Origin: a virus
Taxonomy: Duplodnaviria; Caudoviricetes
Virus record (IMG/VR): IMGVR_UViG_3300037450_000099
Span: 1 to 41,563 of that record
DNA: 41,563 nt
Direction: 5' to 3' (one strand)
Each line of letters opens with the position of its first letter. The first letter of the stretch is position 1. The notes under the pieces are model-generated. The model did no database searches and was not told where the DNA came from. It saw only the letters and a list, made by a program, of their open reading frames with translations. A program made the position numbers and the translations under genes. Shown in pieces: positions 27,300 through 35,876 of this stretch.

Positions 27300-27803
27300 T
27301 TAGGCGGTGAAAGTGGCAGTCACATCGATGGTCTCACCGTTATCGAGCGCTTTATTGCCGCCAGTGAAGGCACCGGCGCTATAGAGCACGCCCGTCGTAC
27401 CGCCCTTGGTGGAAATATCGCACAGAAAGGCGCCGCCGATCGTTTGGGTGTCGGTGTCAATCGAAAAAGTGGCCACTGCGCCGGAATTGTCCACACTGCC
27501 CGCGGCTACTGCGCCATCGGTCCAGACTTCGCGCGTTGCTTCGGTGTAGTTCTCGTTCTCGGTCCACCCACCATGAGACGCCATGGTATCGGCCACGTTT
27601 GGTGTAGGCGTGGCGTTGGTGAGCCCCAAATACCAAGCCGCTTTGGGTGTGCCGTTGGTCAGCCCCATGGTCAACAGCTCGTTTTTGCCGACAGTCGTCA
27701 CCAAGTTTTCAATGGTGTCAGTCCACTTTACAGTTCCGTCCGGGCGTCGGCACACGATCAGATAGTGCCCATGCACCTCGACGCCTTGATTCAAGTCAGT
27801 CAT
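27300..27803 (-). CDS. conserved phage structural protein (fibre- or collar-associated)
   Basis: IENLVTTVGKN, WYLGL, DTMASHGGWTE, GVLYSAGAF; a family I recall next to LamG fibre genes. Confidence 0.7.
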   Translation of the reverse strand: MTDLNQGVEVHGHYLIVCRRPDGTVKWTDTIENLVTTVGKNELLTMGLTNGTPKAAWYLGLTNATPTPNVADTMASHGGWTENENYTEATREVWTDGAVAAGSVDNSGAVATFSIDTDTQTIGGAFLCDISTKGGTTGVLYSAGAFTGGNKALDNGETIDVTATFTA

Positions 27804-30186
27804 CTTCGTTCACCTCAATTCGCGCACTCAGGGCGCTAACAATGGACACAGCAGCGATCAGAAAGCCCACGCCGCCCCGGTAATCATACACCGCCCCGGC
27901 ACTTGCCGCTTCGGTTAGGGTCGATTGTAACTGCGCGGCAGCATTGAAAAAAGCAATTGCCGATGCCGCGTCAAGAATGGAATCCACGAATTGCCCCGCA
28001 AGGGCAAACGTCGCCGCCAGGCTCGCAGACTCAGAAACGCCTGCGGTGAGCCCTCGCAAAGCACTCAAAACGGCCGCGCTGGCCGCTGCTTCCGTCACCG
28101 CATCGCTAAAACCCGTTACAGTCTGCGCTGCAAATAGACTGCCCGCGCTGACGCTGGAGCTCATGGCTGCAAGGGTGGCCGCCAACGCCCCCACAACCTC
28201 TTGAGCGCTGGCCGCATCAATGACATTGGCAACCACTGCGCCGCTGGCCAGGTACCCGTCTTGCGCCGATGCGGACGAAACCAAAACCGACAGGCCATCA
28301 ATAGCCGCAATAAATGCCGCCGCCGCGGTGCTCGGCTCAGTCACCACCCCCAGGCGATCGACCCGAGAGATAAAAGCAGCTAATGCTGTTGCCGCTTCAG
28401 TCGTGCCCCCCGACAGAGTTAGGACGCCCGTGATCGTGTCCGTGGTAGTCGCCGCGCTTAGCAAAACCGCCAGCTTTTGGATGGTCGCCGCATAGGCTTC
28501 GGCGGGACTTGCCGCCGCCGCGTAATCAACTCCCAATGCCGCCACTGCAAACATAGCGTCAGCGCTGGCCGTTGCATTTTCGATTAACCCAACATTCATC
28601 CCGATATTGATGTATTGCGAGTCTGATGCCACCGTCGATTGATTGTTGCTGGTGTCGTAGGCGTACACGGTGACGTTGACAGTGCCCGCAGTCAGTGTGC
28701 CAAGTGGCACCTGGTAGGTGACATCGATGTGTCCGCCCCCGCTGGAGCTCGTTGCCGCGTTAGTGTGAATAACGTCGTCGCCCGCTATTTCTTCAACTTC
28801 TATCGTAACCTCAGTACGATCGAGGTCGTTTTGAGCCGGACTGGGCTCGTCGTATTGCACCCGAATATAAGCCCAATTTGATGGGGTCCACGTCTCGGCG
28901 GCCGTTGCAGCTTCCGTCAACAACCCGCTGATACCTAGCGAACTGGTCCAGGTTTCCGCTGCGCTTGCCGCTGCCACCAAGGCCCCGAGTTTTTGGATTG
29001 CCGCCGTAACTTGCTCGGTCGGCGCGGCCGATGCCAACAATTGACTGATGCCGCTTAACTGTGCGGTCCACGCTTCGTCTGCGCTAGCCCCTGCGCTATA
29101 AGCACCCAAGGCCGCAATCAAGGCGCTGGTCTGATCGCTGGCGGTGCTGGATTCGAGCACCGATTCGGCCCGCTTCAGAATCGCTGCAATCGTTTCGGCA
29201 GGCGTCGCGGCGGCAGGAATAGCGGCCAATAAATCCGCTCGCTTCAGGCGTGTATCGCCGGCCGTTGCCGCGGCCGTCATTGCCATACCGTAATGGCCTG
29301 CCCCCACATGCGAAAAACCGGCACTAGCCGATTCGGTCAGTGCGCCGCTAAATCCTCTCAGCCCTAAAAACGTATCGGCCGCTGTTGCCGCTTCGGTCAC
29401 TGCGCCAGTAATCGGAGTAGGCAACACCGCCGCGTAATCGAATCCGGCACTAGCCGATTCGGTCAACGACCCAACCAACCTCTGCAAACCTAAGAATGTT
29501 TCTGCCGCCGTTGCGGCTTCGGTCACTGCTCCCGTTATTGCGGGCGCTGAAACAGGCGGCTCAAGCGCTTCATAGGTAACGGTGCCGTTTGCCGTCCAGG
29601 TGTTAATTTCGTTGTCGGTGGCATCATCCGTGAAAGGGCAATCGTTGCGCAGATTCGTCGTGATGACGGGAGACGATGCCGCCTTTTCTGCCAGCAGCTC
29701 AGCCGTGGTTAACGTGTCATTCCAGGCCCGGAAGTAGCCGATATTTCCGTTTAGTCCCTCGTCGTAAAGGGAATCGCCGCCGATTAAATAAGAGGTTGGG
29801 GTGAATGAAGCACCCCGCGCCGTGCCGGTATACGTAAATCCACTATCATCCGCAGGAGAGACGCCCATCCAGATATCGGCTGCGCCTGTGCCCTGGCAGT
29901 ATCCAGCAACGAAATACCATTCGGCATCGGTATAGCTGCCAACATCCGAGGAATCCCAATTGCCGTCATAGCCCGTCACGTCAAAACGCTGGGCGCCATC
30001 ATCGATAACCTGCCACTCTACAAGTCCAGATGGGTTGCCCGCGAAAAGCGCTAAAATGTTTCCCCAGTTGGCCGGAGGCGCACCCCGGTTATAGACCCAG
30101 CAGGAAAAGCTAAAATTAGTGGGGGTCGGCAGCGCGCCAGCCGTTGCCGCTAGGCGTGCCGTATTTGAATTAAATCGGACGCTCAC
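27796..30186 (-). CDS. LamG/ConA-like domain plus long Ala-rich repeat stalk with an inserted Fn3-like domain
   Basis: FSFSCWV, WYFVAG, LNGNIGYFRAWNDTLT (LamG-like); ~19-21-aa repeats of the (V/L)TEAATAAET type. Confidence 0.8.
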   Translation of the reverse strand: MSVRFNSNTARLAATAGALPTPTNFSFSCWVYNRGAPPANWGNILALFAGNPSGLVEWQVIDDGAQRFDVTGYDGNWDSSDVGSYTDAEWYFVAGYCQGTGAADIWMGVSPADDSGFTYTGTARGASFTPTSYLIGGDSLYDEGLNGNIGYFRAWNDTLTTAELLAEKAASSPVITTNLRNDCPFTDDATDNEINTWTANGTVTYEALEPPVSAPAITGAVTEAATAAETFLGLQRLVGSLTESASAGFDYAAVLPTPITGAVTEAATAADTFLGLRGFSGALTESASAGFSHVGAGHYGMAMTAAATAGDTRLKRADLLAAIPAAATPAETIAAILKRAESVLESSTASDQTSALIAALGAYSAGASADEAWTAQLSGISQLLASAAPTEQVTAAIQKLGALVAAASAAETWTSSLGISGLLTEAATAAETWTPSNWAYIRVQYDEPSPAQNDLDRTEVTIEVEEIAGDDVIHTNAATSSSGGGHIDVTYQVPLGTLTAGTVNVTVYAYDTSNNQSTVASDSQYINIGMNVGLIENATASADAMFAVAALGVDYAAAASPAEAYAATIQKLAVLLSAATTTDTITGVLTLSGGTTEAATALAAFISRVDRLGVVTEPSTAAAAFIAAIDGLSVLVSSASAQDGYLASGAVVANVIDAASAQEVVGALAATLAAMSSSVSAGSLFAAQTVTGFSDAVTEAAASAAVLSALRGLTAGVSESASLAATFALAGQFVDSILDAASAIAFFNAAAQLQSTLTEAASAGAVYDYRGGVGFLIAAVSIVSALSARIEVNEDD

Positions 30187-32747
30187 GGCGCGACTTGTTC
30201 GATTTGGAGATTTAGCACCGGGCCAGGTGCGGTAGTGTCGGCGCCCGTAAATACTGGCCCAATATACTCAGTCGCGACCACAACATTGTCATACCATTTG
30301 TCGTTTTGCTGTGATGAGCCTTGCCCCCCGTTCTCAAGCTGAATCTCATCCAATTTTACCGTATCGGCTACGCGCCAGCGCACATTATGCCAATCAGCCG
30401 CCAGCACCCCATCTTTCCAGAAAGCTATTCGACCGTCACTCTGTCCGACCGTGTTGAGCTTTATATAAATCTCTAGAGAAACCCATTGATCCAAGATCGG
30501 CACTTGATTTGACCTGGACACAAACTCTCCACCAAATCCCCCATCCGGCCCATCACCGTTCGACGTTAGGCCACTCGGGTACCAATGCTCTCCATAGGCG
30601 TCATTTTGCTCTGAATGGTACACATAGGCGTTAATGTATCCCGGCTGCGTTTCGCCTTGATATTGCGACGACTCAATACCGACAAACGCAAACGCCGTGC
30701 TTGGTCCTTGTCCTGGCCCCGGGTAATCCGCAGTGACGCGTGTACCATTGTGCGCAGAATTTACACCCGCATAACCAGCCTGGTAGCGCTCCATCACGCG
30801 AATATAGATTTCGTCGCGATCTGGAGTGAGCGTCTTTACAATAGCGTTTGATACTTCCGAACCCGTGCTTGGCATCCGAAGACGCACGGCTTTAGACCCG
30901 CCATAAAAAGTACCCGTGTCTATTGCGATGTTTCCCGATTGATAAAAGTTGTCCCAATTTGCAGAAAGATCAGCAGTAACAGTATAGGATTCGAAATCAT
31001 CGACAAATAAAACTGCCAAGTCTGTGCCTATATTGGTGTCGCTTGGATACCCGGCAGCAATCCCGTTGTCCCCCTCGGGCAGCGCCGGGTAATTGGCACC
31101 TGACACAGTAACCTGAGCCGTGTCGTTAACGTCACCGCCCGCGCCGGTGCAATCAACCTCATAGACTGTCGTGACTGTCGGCGACACGCTGACAGGCCCA
31201 CCCGATGTTGCGCCACCCGTGGAAAACCCAGTACCTGTGCAACTCGTCGCGTCCGTGCTGGTCCATGACAAATCGGATGAATCACCGGAATCGATGGTTG
31301 TGGGGTCCGCCGTCAGGCTTGCAGTGGGCGCTGTCGGGCTCCCTGTGACCGTGACCAATACCGTGTCATTTGCCGAGCCACCGGGTCCGGTGCAATCGAC
31401 TTCGTAGGTCAGCGTAGAAACGGGAGAATCCGAGACCGGGCCGCCAGACGTGGCACCGCCCGTCGAAAAGTTGGTGCCCGTGCAACTCGTCGCGTCTGTG
31501 CTGCTCCAAGTCAGATCGGTTGATCCAGGGTATGCGACTGTCGTCGGGTTAGCGTTGATTGTTGCGGTGGGAGTAGGACCAGAAGCAAGTGCAGGGTGCG
31601 GATAAGTGTAGGCGGTATAGCCAGGCTTGGCGCCGCCGTCGATAATGTAGTCCCGACCCGACTGGTAGAAATCCGTCCAGGTGAATCCGCACGGGTTGCC
31701 GTAATTCCAGCCCGCATTGATCGCCTGACCGCCCCCGGTGTTGTTATAAATTCTTATGGGGTCGGTGAAATAGCTGGTGCCGTTGTGGTTCTGCCCTAGC
31801 TGCTGCTCAACGGGGTAAGATGTATTGCCGCAACTGCCCTCGACCAGCGGAGATTCAGCTCCGCGAATGGTGAATTTTAGCTCTGCCTTATCTCCCCAAA
31901 AGCCGCCCGCCATGTCGTCAATGTCGTTATTGTAGAAAAACCCGGTGCCGCCACGAATCCAGATTGCCCAGTTCTGGTTGCCTATCTGCTCTGTAGAGCC
32001 GTTGTGGATAAAGTTGTTATTGTAAACCTCGAAATGCCGCACAGAGCTGGGCGAGGTCGCATAGCCGTGAGTGTTAAAAGATGAATAGGTTAGGTCGTTG
32101 TACCGATAGACGCAGCGGCTTTGCTCGTCGCAGTCTATGCCCTGATTCGTCCCTCCGTAAAAAGTATTATCTTCAACGTAGATATTACTACGCCCATCCG
32201 TATCCCTATCGCCTAGGGTGTCGGCTGTTGTCCAGGAGTTAGTATCCCCCTGATATTTCGGCTGGATGAAGGAATCGTCCCATGCCCCCGTAAAATCATT
32301 GTTGGCGATAACCACACCGCCAGGTGTCGATATGATAAAGAGCCCGGTGCCCGAAATATCAAACTCGTTGCCGTCGAAGACAATCGGCTGACCACTGGGC
32401 CAAGGGCCGCTGAGTGTCCACCCCTTTGAGCTATTGCCGCCCCCGGATTTGCTGAAAGAAAACGCCTTGATGCGCGTGACGCCGCCCGTCTGCTTGGTGA
32501 CAGAATTGCCAGCGCCGAGAGTGATATTTGTGACACCAATACCAGCCCCGATAATGTCCACGGCTTTGGCGATAGATAGAGAAGACCAAGTACATGAGCC
32601 CGCGGGCACGGCAACAGTGTCGCCTGCATTCGCGGTGCCGATTGCGGTATTTACGTCACCTTCAGAGCAAGACGATGCGTTGACCGTAGCGGCTTCCGCC
32701 TGCCCAAATCCTAGGGCAAGCAGCAGAAGCCATAGAAAACGAATCAT
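30183..32747 (-). CDS. secreted multidomain glycan-active protein: beta-helix, two Ig-like repeats, jelly-roll polysaccharide-lyase-like domain
   Basis: Signal peptide MIRFLWLLLLALGFGQAEA; AGDTVAVPAG and Asn ladders; two WxSTDATSCTG repeats; LFVDDFE...QWVSLEIYIKLN...DGRIAFWKDG...WYDNVVVATEYIGP. Confidence 0.8.
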   Translation of the reverse strand: MIRFLWLLLLALGFGQAEAATVNASSCSEGDVNTAIGTANAGDTVAVPAGSCTWSSLSIAKAVDIIGAGIGVTNITLGAGNSVTKQTGGVTRIKAFSFSKSGGGNSSKGWTLSGPWPSGQPIVFDGNEFDISGTGLFIISTPGGVVIANNDFTGAWDDSFIQPKYQGDTNSWTTADTLGDRDTDGRSNIYVEDNTFYGGTNQGIDCDEQSRCVYRYNDLTYSSFNTHGYATSPSSVRHFEVYNNNFIHNGSTEQIGNQNWAIWIRGGTGFFYNNDIDDMAGGFWGDKAELKFTIRGAESPLVEGSCGNTSYPVEQQLGQNHNGTSYFTDPIRIYNNTGGGQAINAGWNYGNPCGFTWTDFYQSGRDYIIDGGAKPGYTAYTYPHPALASGPTPTATINANPTTVAYPGSTDLTWSSTDATSCTGTNFSTGGATSGGPVSDSPVSTLTYEVDCTGPGGSANDTVLVTVTGSPTAPTASLTADPTTIDSGDSSDLSWTSTDATSCTGTGFSTGGATSGGPVSVSPTVTTVYEVDCTGAGGDVNDTAQVTVSGANYPALPEGDNGIAAGYPSDTNIGTDLAVLFVDDFESYTVTADLSANWDNFYQSGNIAIDTGTFYGGSKAVRLRMPSTGSEVSNAIVKTLTPDRDEIYIRVMERYQAGYAGVNSAHNGTRVTADYPGPGQGPSTAFAFVGIESSQYQGETQPGYINAYVYHSEQNDAYGEHWYPSGLTSNGDGPDGGFGGEFVSRSNQVPILDQWVSLEIYIKLNTVGQSDGRIAFWKDGVLAADWHNVRWRVADTVKLDEIQLENGGQGSSQQNDKWYDNVVVATEYIGPVFTGADTTAPGPVLNLQIEQVAP
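31100..31575 (-). repeat. tandem duplication of an ~78-aa Ig-like domain
   Basis: PTATINANPTT...WSSTDATSCTGTNFSTGGATSGGPVS...YEVDCTG repeats as PTASLTADPTT...WTSTDATSCTGTGFSTGGATSGGPVS...YEVDCTG. Bounds are approximate. Confidence 0.85.
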
Positions 32748-33229
32748 GCTTGTCGGTCAATCCATGTGGGCAGTCCCGCCACGAACGTGTCGAGCACGGT
32801 CCTAAGTCCTGCCGTTTGCGCTACGGTAAAGGGCCGGTCTGTCCACTGCCCGTCAGTCTCCATGCTGACAACGCTGGCATACTGCCCCGTTTTGGGCACC
32901 AGCGCATACACGTCAGCGATCACCGTATCGATGGCAGCAACGATGGCGGCATAGTCAGCCGCAATATCATTGCCAGGAAGATTTGTTGCCGCTTTGGCAT
33001 GCGCCCCGATCCCTGGAGTCTGCCGCAAAACATCTAGCTTGGTTTTGCCGTCAGCAAATTGCTCGGTTAGCCGGCGAATGGGGGACACGGTGATATCGGC
33101 AATGGCTGACGCGGCGCTAAGCTGAGCCGCTCGCCCTCTAAGCTGTCGGACGGTCCCGACAAAATCGCCGAATTCTTCATTAAGATTCATACGCTTCGCT
33201 CGCTTTGGGCTTGCGTCATTGTAGAGCAA
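32744..33229 (-). CDS. hypothetical helical protein heading the fibre/glycan block
   Basis: 161-aa ORF (alternative start at MNLNEE) with ATGA coupling to the next gene. Confidence 0.7.
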   Translation of the reverse strand: MLYNDASPKRAKRMNLNEEFGDFVGTVRQLRGRAAQLSAASAIADITVSPIRRLTEQFADGKTKLDVLRQTPGIGAHAKAATNLPGNDIAADYAAIVAAIDTVIADVYALVPKTGQYASVVSMETDGQWTDRPFTVAQTAGLRTVLDTFVAGLPTWIDRQA

Positions 33230-33400
33230 TCACCAATAAAGGCCCACTAGAAACCCCAGCGGAAACCAAAACGCGCCCAAAACCGCCACCGCCACCCAAA
33301 ACATGACGCTGATCAAACGATCCGGGCGGTCCTCAGCAACCGGCGCATAGTCCCGCGGAATTCCGCGATCAAGCCCGAATGGCCTAGGTTGATTGATCAT
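33230..33400 (-). CDS. small protein with C-terminal TM segment
   Basis: GGAGG RBS before MINQPR; hydrophobic LISVMFWVAVAVLGAFWFPLGFLVGLYW. Confidence 0.6.
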   Translation of the reverse strand: MINQPRPFGLDRGIPRDYAPVAEDRPDRLISVMFWVAVAVLGAFWFPLGFLVGLYW

Positions 33401-33641
33401 TTTCATCCCTCCAAATTGCTCTCGCCAATGGGCGCACGACATCGGCCAGCGCGCCCGCGTGAGCGTCTAGCCACGACTTCGCAAAGCCCGGATTTATCCG
33501 GTCCTCGTCAACGATTTGCTGCGCCACAATGTTGAGGCTCGTCTGTCTCTCGGCCCTAAAATAGTCTTGAGCCTCGGCTTCTGACAGATCTCCACACACT
33601 GCCATAATAGCCGCCCGCTCTTCGAGGTCTTCGCCGATCAT
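33384..33641 (-). CDS. hypothetical protein with EERAAI motif
   Basis: DLEERAAIMAVCGDLSEAEAQ resembles a short motif common in phage replication regions. Confidence 0.65.
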   Translation of the reverse strand: MIGEDLEERAAIMAVCGDLSEAEAQDYFRAERQTSLNIVAQQIVDEDRINPGFAKSWLDAHAGALADVVRPLARAIWRDENDQST

Positions 33642-33646
33642 GATAT

Positions 33647-33844
33647 TTACCCATGCTCAAAATTTCTGGTGAGATCGTCTAGTGTCTTTGCGATCCTCCG
33701 CGAATCTTCCCATTCGATATAAGCTACATCGAAGGCTTCATCATCATCAGCCTCGATTGCCGCGAAGACTGCTTGCCTTGCCGCTTCCGCTAGTCTGTAG
33801 GCTTCAATGATTTTGAGGTCGATTTTTTCGTATACGTCGCTCAT
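33647..33844 (-). CDS. hypothetical acidic helical protein
   Basis: ATGA coupling; 65 aa. Confidence 0.65.
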   Translation of the reverse strand: MSDVYEKIDLKIIEAYRLAEAARQAVFAAIEADDDEAFDVAYIEWEDSRRIAKTLDDLTRNFEHG

Positions 33845-34236
33845 TTCGCGTACCCCACGTAGGTGTCACCGTTACGAAATCTGATTTTAATTTTGTCGGG
33901 CGATCGGTTGGTATCCAGCCACATGTATTGCGTGGCGCTGCCGCCAGATTTGACGTTGGATTCCATCTTGCAGCGGCCTCGGCTGTCCTTCGCGCCCGTC
34001 ACCCACACGGCCCCGCCCAAGGTGCGCCAAGATCCATTCTTAACGCACTCAACCAGGAAATAGGGATTGATTGGCACGATGAGATTGCGGGTAACTGTGC
34101 ATTTTTTGCCGTTGAGCGTGCCGCTCCACTGCTTTGATACTTCCCTCCCAGGCCCGTTGGACTTGCCGATGAAGTCCCCGTTATCGCAGCCTGCATAAGC
34201 CATGCCCGGCAAACAGGCCAGCGCCAACACCATCAT
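33841..34236 (-). CDS. putative exported Cys-containing beta protein (131 aa)
   Basis: The start is best placed at the ATGA overlap at 34236. Signal-like MMVLALACLPGMAYA-G; four Cys in the mature part. Confidence 0.65.
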   Translation of the reverse strand: MMVLALACLPGMAYAGCDNGDFIGKSNGPGREVSKQWSGTLNGKKCTVTRNLIVPINPYFLVECVKNGSWRTLGGAVWVTGAKDSRGRCKMESNVKSGGSATQYMWLDTNRSPDKIKIRFRNGDTYVGYAK

Positions 34237-34460
34237 GATCTGTCTCGCTGCCGAGCGGCCGACGCCTCTACGTCCATGCACCCGCCCGGAATCGGCACCG
34301 GGTAAACTCGCTGCTTGCGTCGAGTCTCGCCCACTGGCGTTGATACCTGCGCCTTGATCTCTTCCTTGTACGATTCTTGCCATTTTTCCAGCCTCCGTAT
34401 TTCGGTTTTGAGTGTCTTCACTTCGAGCTGCGTTGCAAGCAATAGCTGATTGCGGTCCAT
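34233..34460 (-). CDS. small coiled-coil protein
   Basis: 75 aa; heptads LEVKTLKTEIRRLEKW; sits between two coupled genes. Confidence 0.6.
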   Translation of the reverse strand: MDRNQLLLATQLEVKTLKTEIRRLEKWQESYKEEIKAQVSTPVGETRRKQRVYPVPIPGGCMDVEASAARQRDRS

Positions 34461-34465
34461 GGTAA

Positions 34466-35212
34466 CTACCCACGTTTCCTATCCTCTGCGTCCGCCGCAC
34501 GAATGTAGTGCTCAATCGCATGATCGTCGAGTCCGTCAGTCAATCGCCCCTCGCTGATGGCGAGCACGCGCCCCTTGAATCGGTCACCGAGCACCAGCGA
34601 GCTTTCCGGGTTGTGGTGGACTAATCCGGCGTGATCGATATACCGCCATTGCCCAACGTGGCTGTATCCCCAGTCGGCAGGAGGCAAGCGCGGGACAATG
34701 TCGTTATTGTGGCTCCAACTTGTAGACTCGTAATGCACCGCGCTGATGAGCTCAGCACACAACGGATTGCCGACCCGTGGCGCAGCGAATGTATGAAATT
34801 CGTGAATCAGGCGGTCGAAGGCTAGCAACCGGCAAAGCGCATGGGCCACCGCACCACCCAGACTATGCCCCGTGACGATGACCCGCTCCGCACCGGAAAA
34901 GTTAATAGTTTGCACGATATCATCAGCGATGGATTCCGCCGCTTCAGCAAACCCACGCCGGATGCCATTCTCCGCGCACGTCCCCGGCGTCAGATTGGTG
35001 ACCCAGTCGCGAATTTGCTGGGTGCCACGGATGGCAATCACGAGCTCGCGGTCAACACCGCACACCAATGCCTCGGTGCTGGTGACTTTCTTGACCAGGC
35101 TATTTATATGCACATAGCCGAGTGCTTCAAGGTCAATCTCCCAGTAAGGCTGGATACCATAAGTCACAAGACACAGCCGGGCCAGGCGGCCAAACGAAAA
35201 CGGGCGGTCCAT
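34466..35212 (-). CDS. class 3 lipase (alpha/beta hydrolase)
   Basis: IAIRGT...DWVTNL, IVTGHSLGGAVA (Ser), TFAAPRVGN, NNDIVPRLP (Asp), DHAIEHY (His); TGATG start at 35212. Confidence 0.93.
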   Translation of the reverse strand: MDRPFSFGRLARLCLVTYGIQPYWEIDLEALGYVHINSLVKKVTSTEALVCGVDRELVIAIRGTQQIRDWVTNLTPGTCAENGIRRGFAEAAESIADDIVQTINFSGAERVIVTGHSLGGAVAHALCRLLAFDRLIHEFHTFAAPRVGNPLCAELISAVHYESTSWSHNNDIVPRLPPADWGYSHVGQWRYIDHAGLVHHNPESSLVLGDRFKGRVLAISEGRLTDGLDDHAIEHYIRAADAEDRKRG

Positions 35213-35457
35213 CACAACCACCCCCACTCGGGCGCGCTAAACCGCTCTCTCGCAAAATACCTTACGCGGCTTCTGCCCTTCGTTGAAAACTGGTGCCGCT
35301 CGCAGAGCTCATCCCGCCGCAACCCACCGAGCGCCGCTTCAATCTGCTGAGTCGTCGCCCATTTCATTCTCTGCCTTGCCTCTGTCGATGTGAGCCCTTC
35401 GCCGCCGCGCTCTTTCAGAAAAGTCAGCAGCGTCTGGCGGATGTTTGTGTCAGTCAT
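35212..35457 (-). CDS. putative winged-helix DNA-binding protein
   Basis: LLTFLKERGGEGLTSTEA...IEAALGGL...KGRSRVRYF; ATGA coupling. Confidence 0.6.
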   Translation of the reverse strand: MTDTNIRQTLLTFLKERGGEGLTSTEARQRMKWATTQQIEAALGGLRRDELCERHQFSTKGRSRVRYFARERFSAPEWGWL

Positions 35458-35876
35458 CGCTGCAACCTCGGTGCGTCCATATTCGGCAGCCCCAACTTGC
35501 GCGCCGTCTCGCGGTCCATCTTTCGCCACTCTTCACGGCGCTTGTCGTCTTCCGCTTTGGTGTCTGCCTCTGTCTGTTTCTGAGTCACAACTTCCGCGTG
35601 TAAATGCGCCGACATCTTGCGAGCCAATGCCACCGCATGCTGTGCCGGCGTCACCCCGTCCGGTGGTGTCTCCGCCGCTTCGCGCGCCCCGCGCATCATG
35701 TCTTGATAGAGGGGATTCATCAGGCAGGGCAGCTCGATCGTCGCACGGTCCTCCGGCACAACAGGCGTCGAGCCCATCGGCCGTGGCACTTTGCAGATCG
35801 GGCAAGCGCTTTTATAGGTATTGGGCACTGGGTTTTCGCAGTCCGCGCAGATCCAGGAGTCTTTGTAGTCACTCAC
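35454..35876 (-). CDS. Zn-finger (RanBP2-like) protein
   Basis: WICADCEN...ACPICKVPRP; the GTG at 35876 overlaps the replication gene stop. Confidence 0.65.
   Translation of the reverse strand: MSDYKDSWICADCENPVPNTYKSACPICKVPRPMGSTPVVPEDRATIELPCLMNPLYQDMMRGAREAAETPPDGVTPAQHAVALARKMSAHLHAEVVTQKQTEADTKAEDDKRREEWRKMDRETARKLGLPNMDAPRLQR

Noticed and set aside
29300-31575. Internal duplications as diversity-generating retroelement TR/VR pairs
   Set aside because: No reverse transcriptase was seen. Both copies are in-frame coding domains and the differences are not adenine-specific.
34237-34521. Long 226-aa version of ORF 33841..34521
   Set aside because: The extension overlaps the lipase end and the 75-aa gene. 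The ATGA-coupled start at 34236 gives a signal-peptide-like N-terminus.
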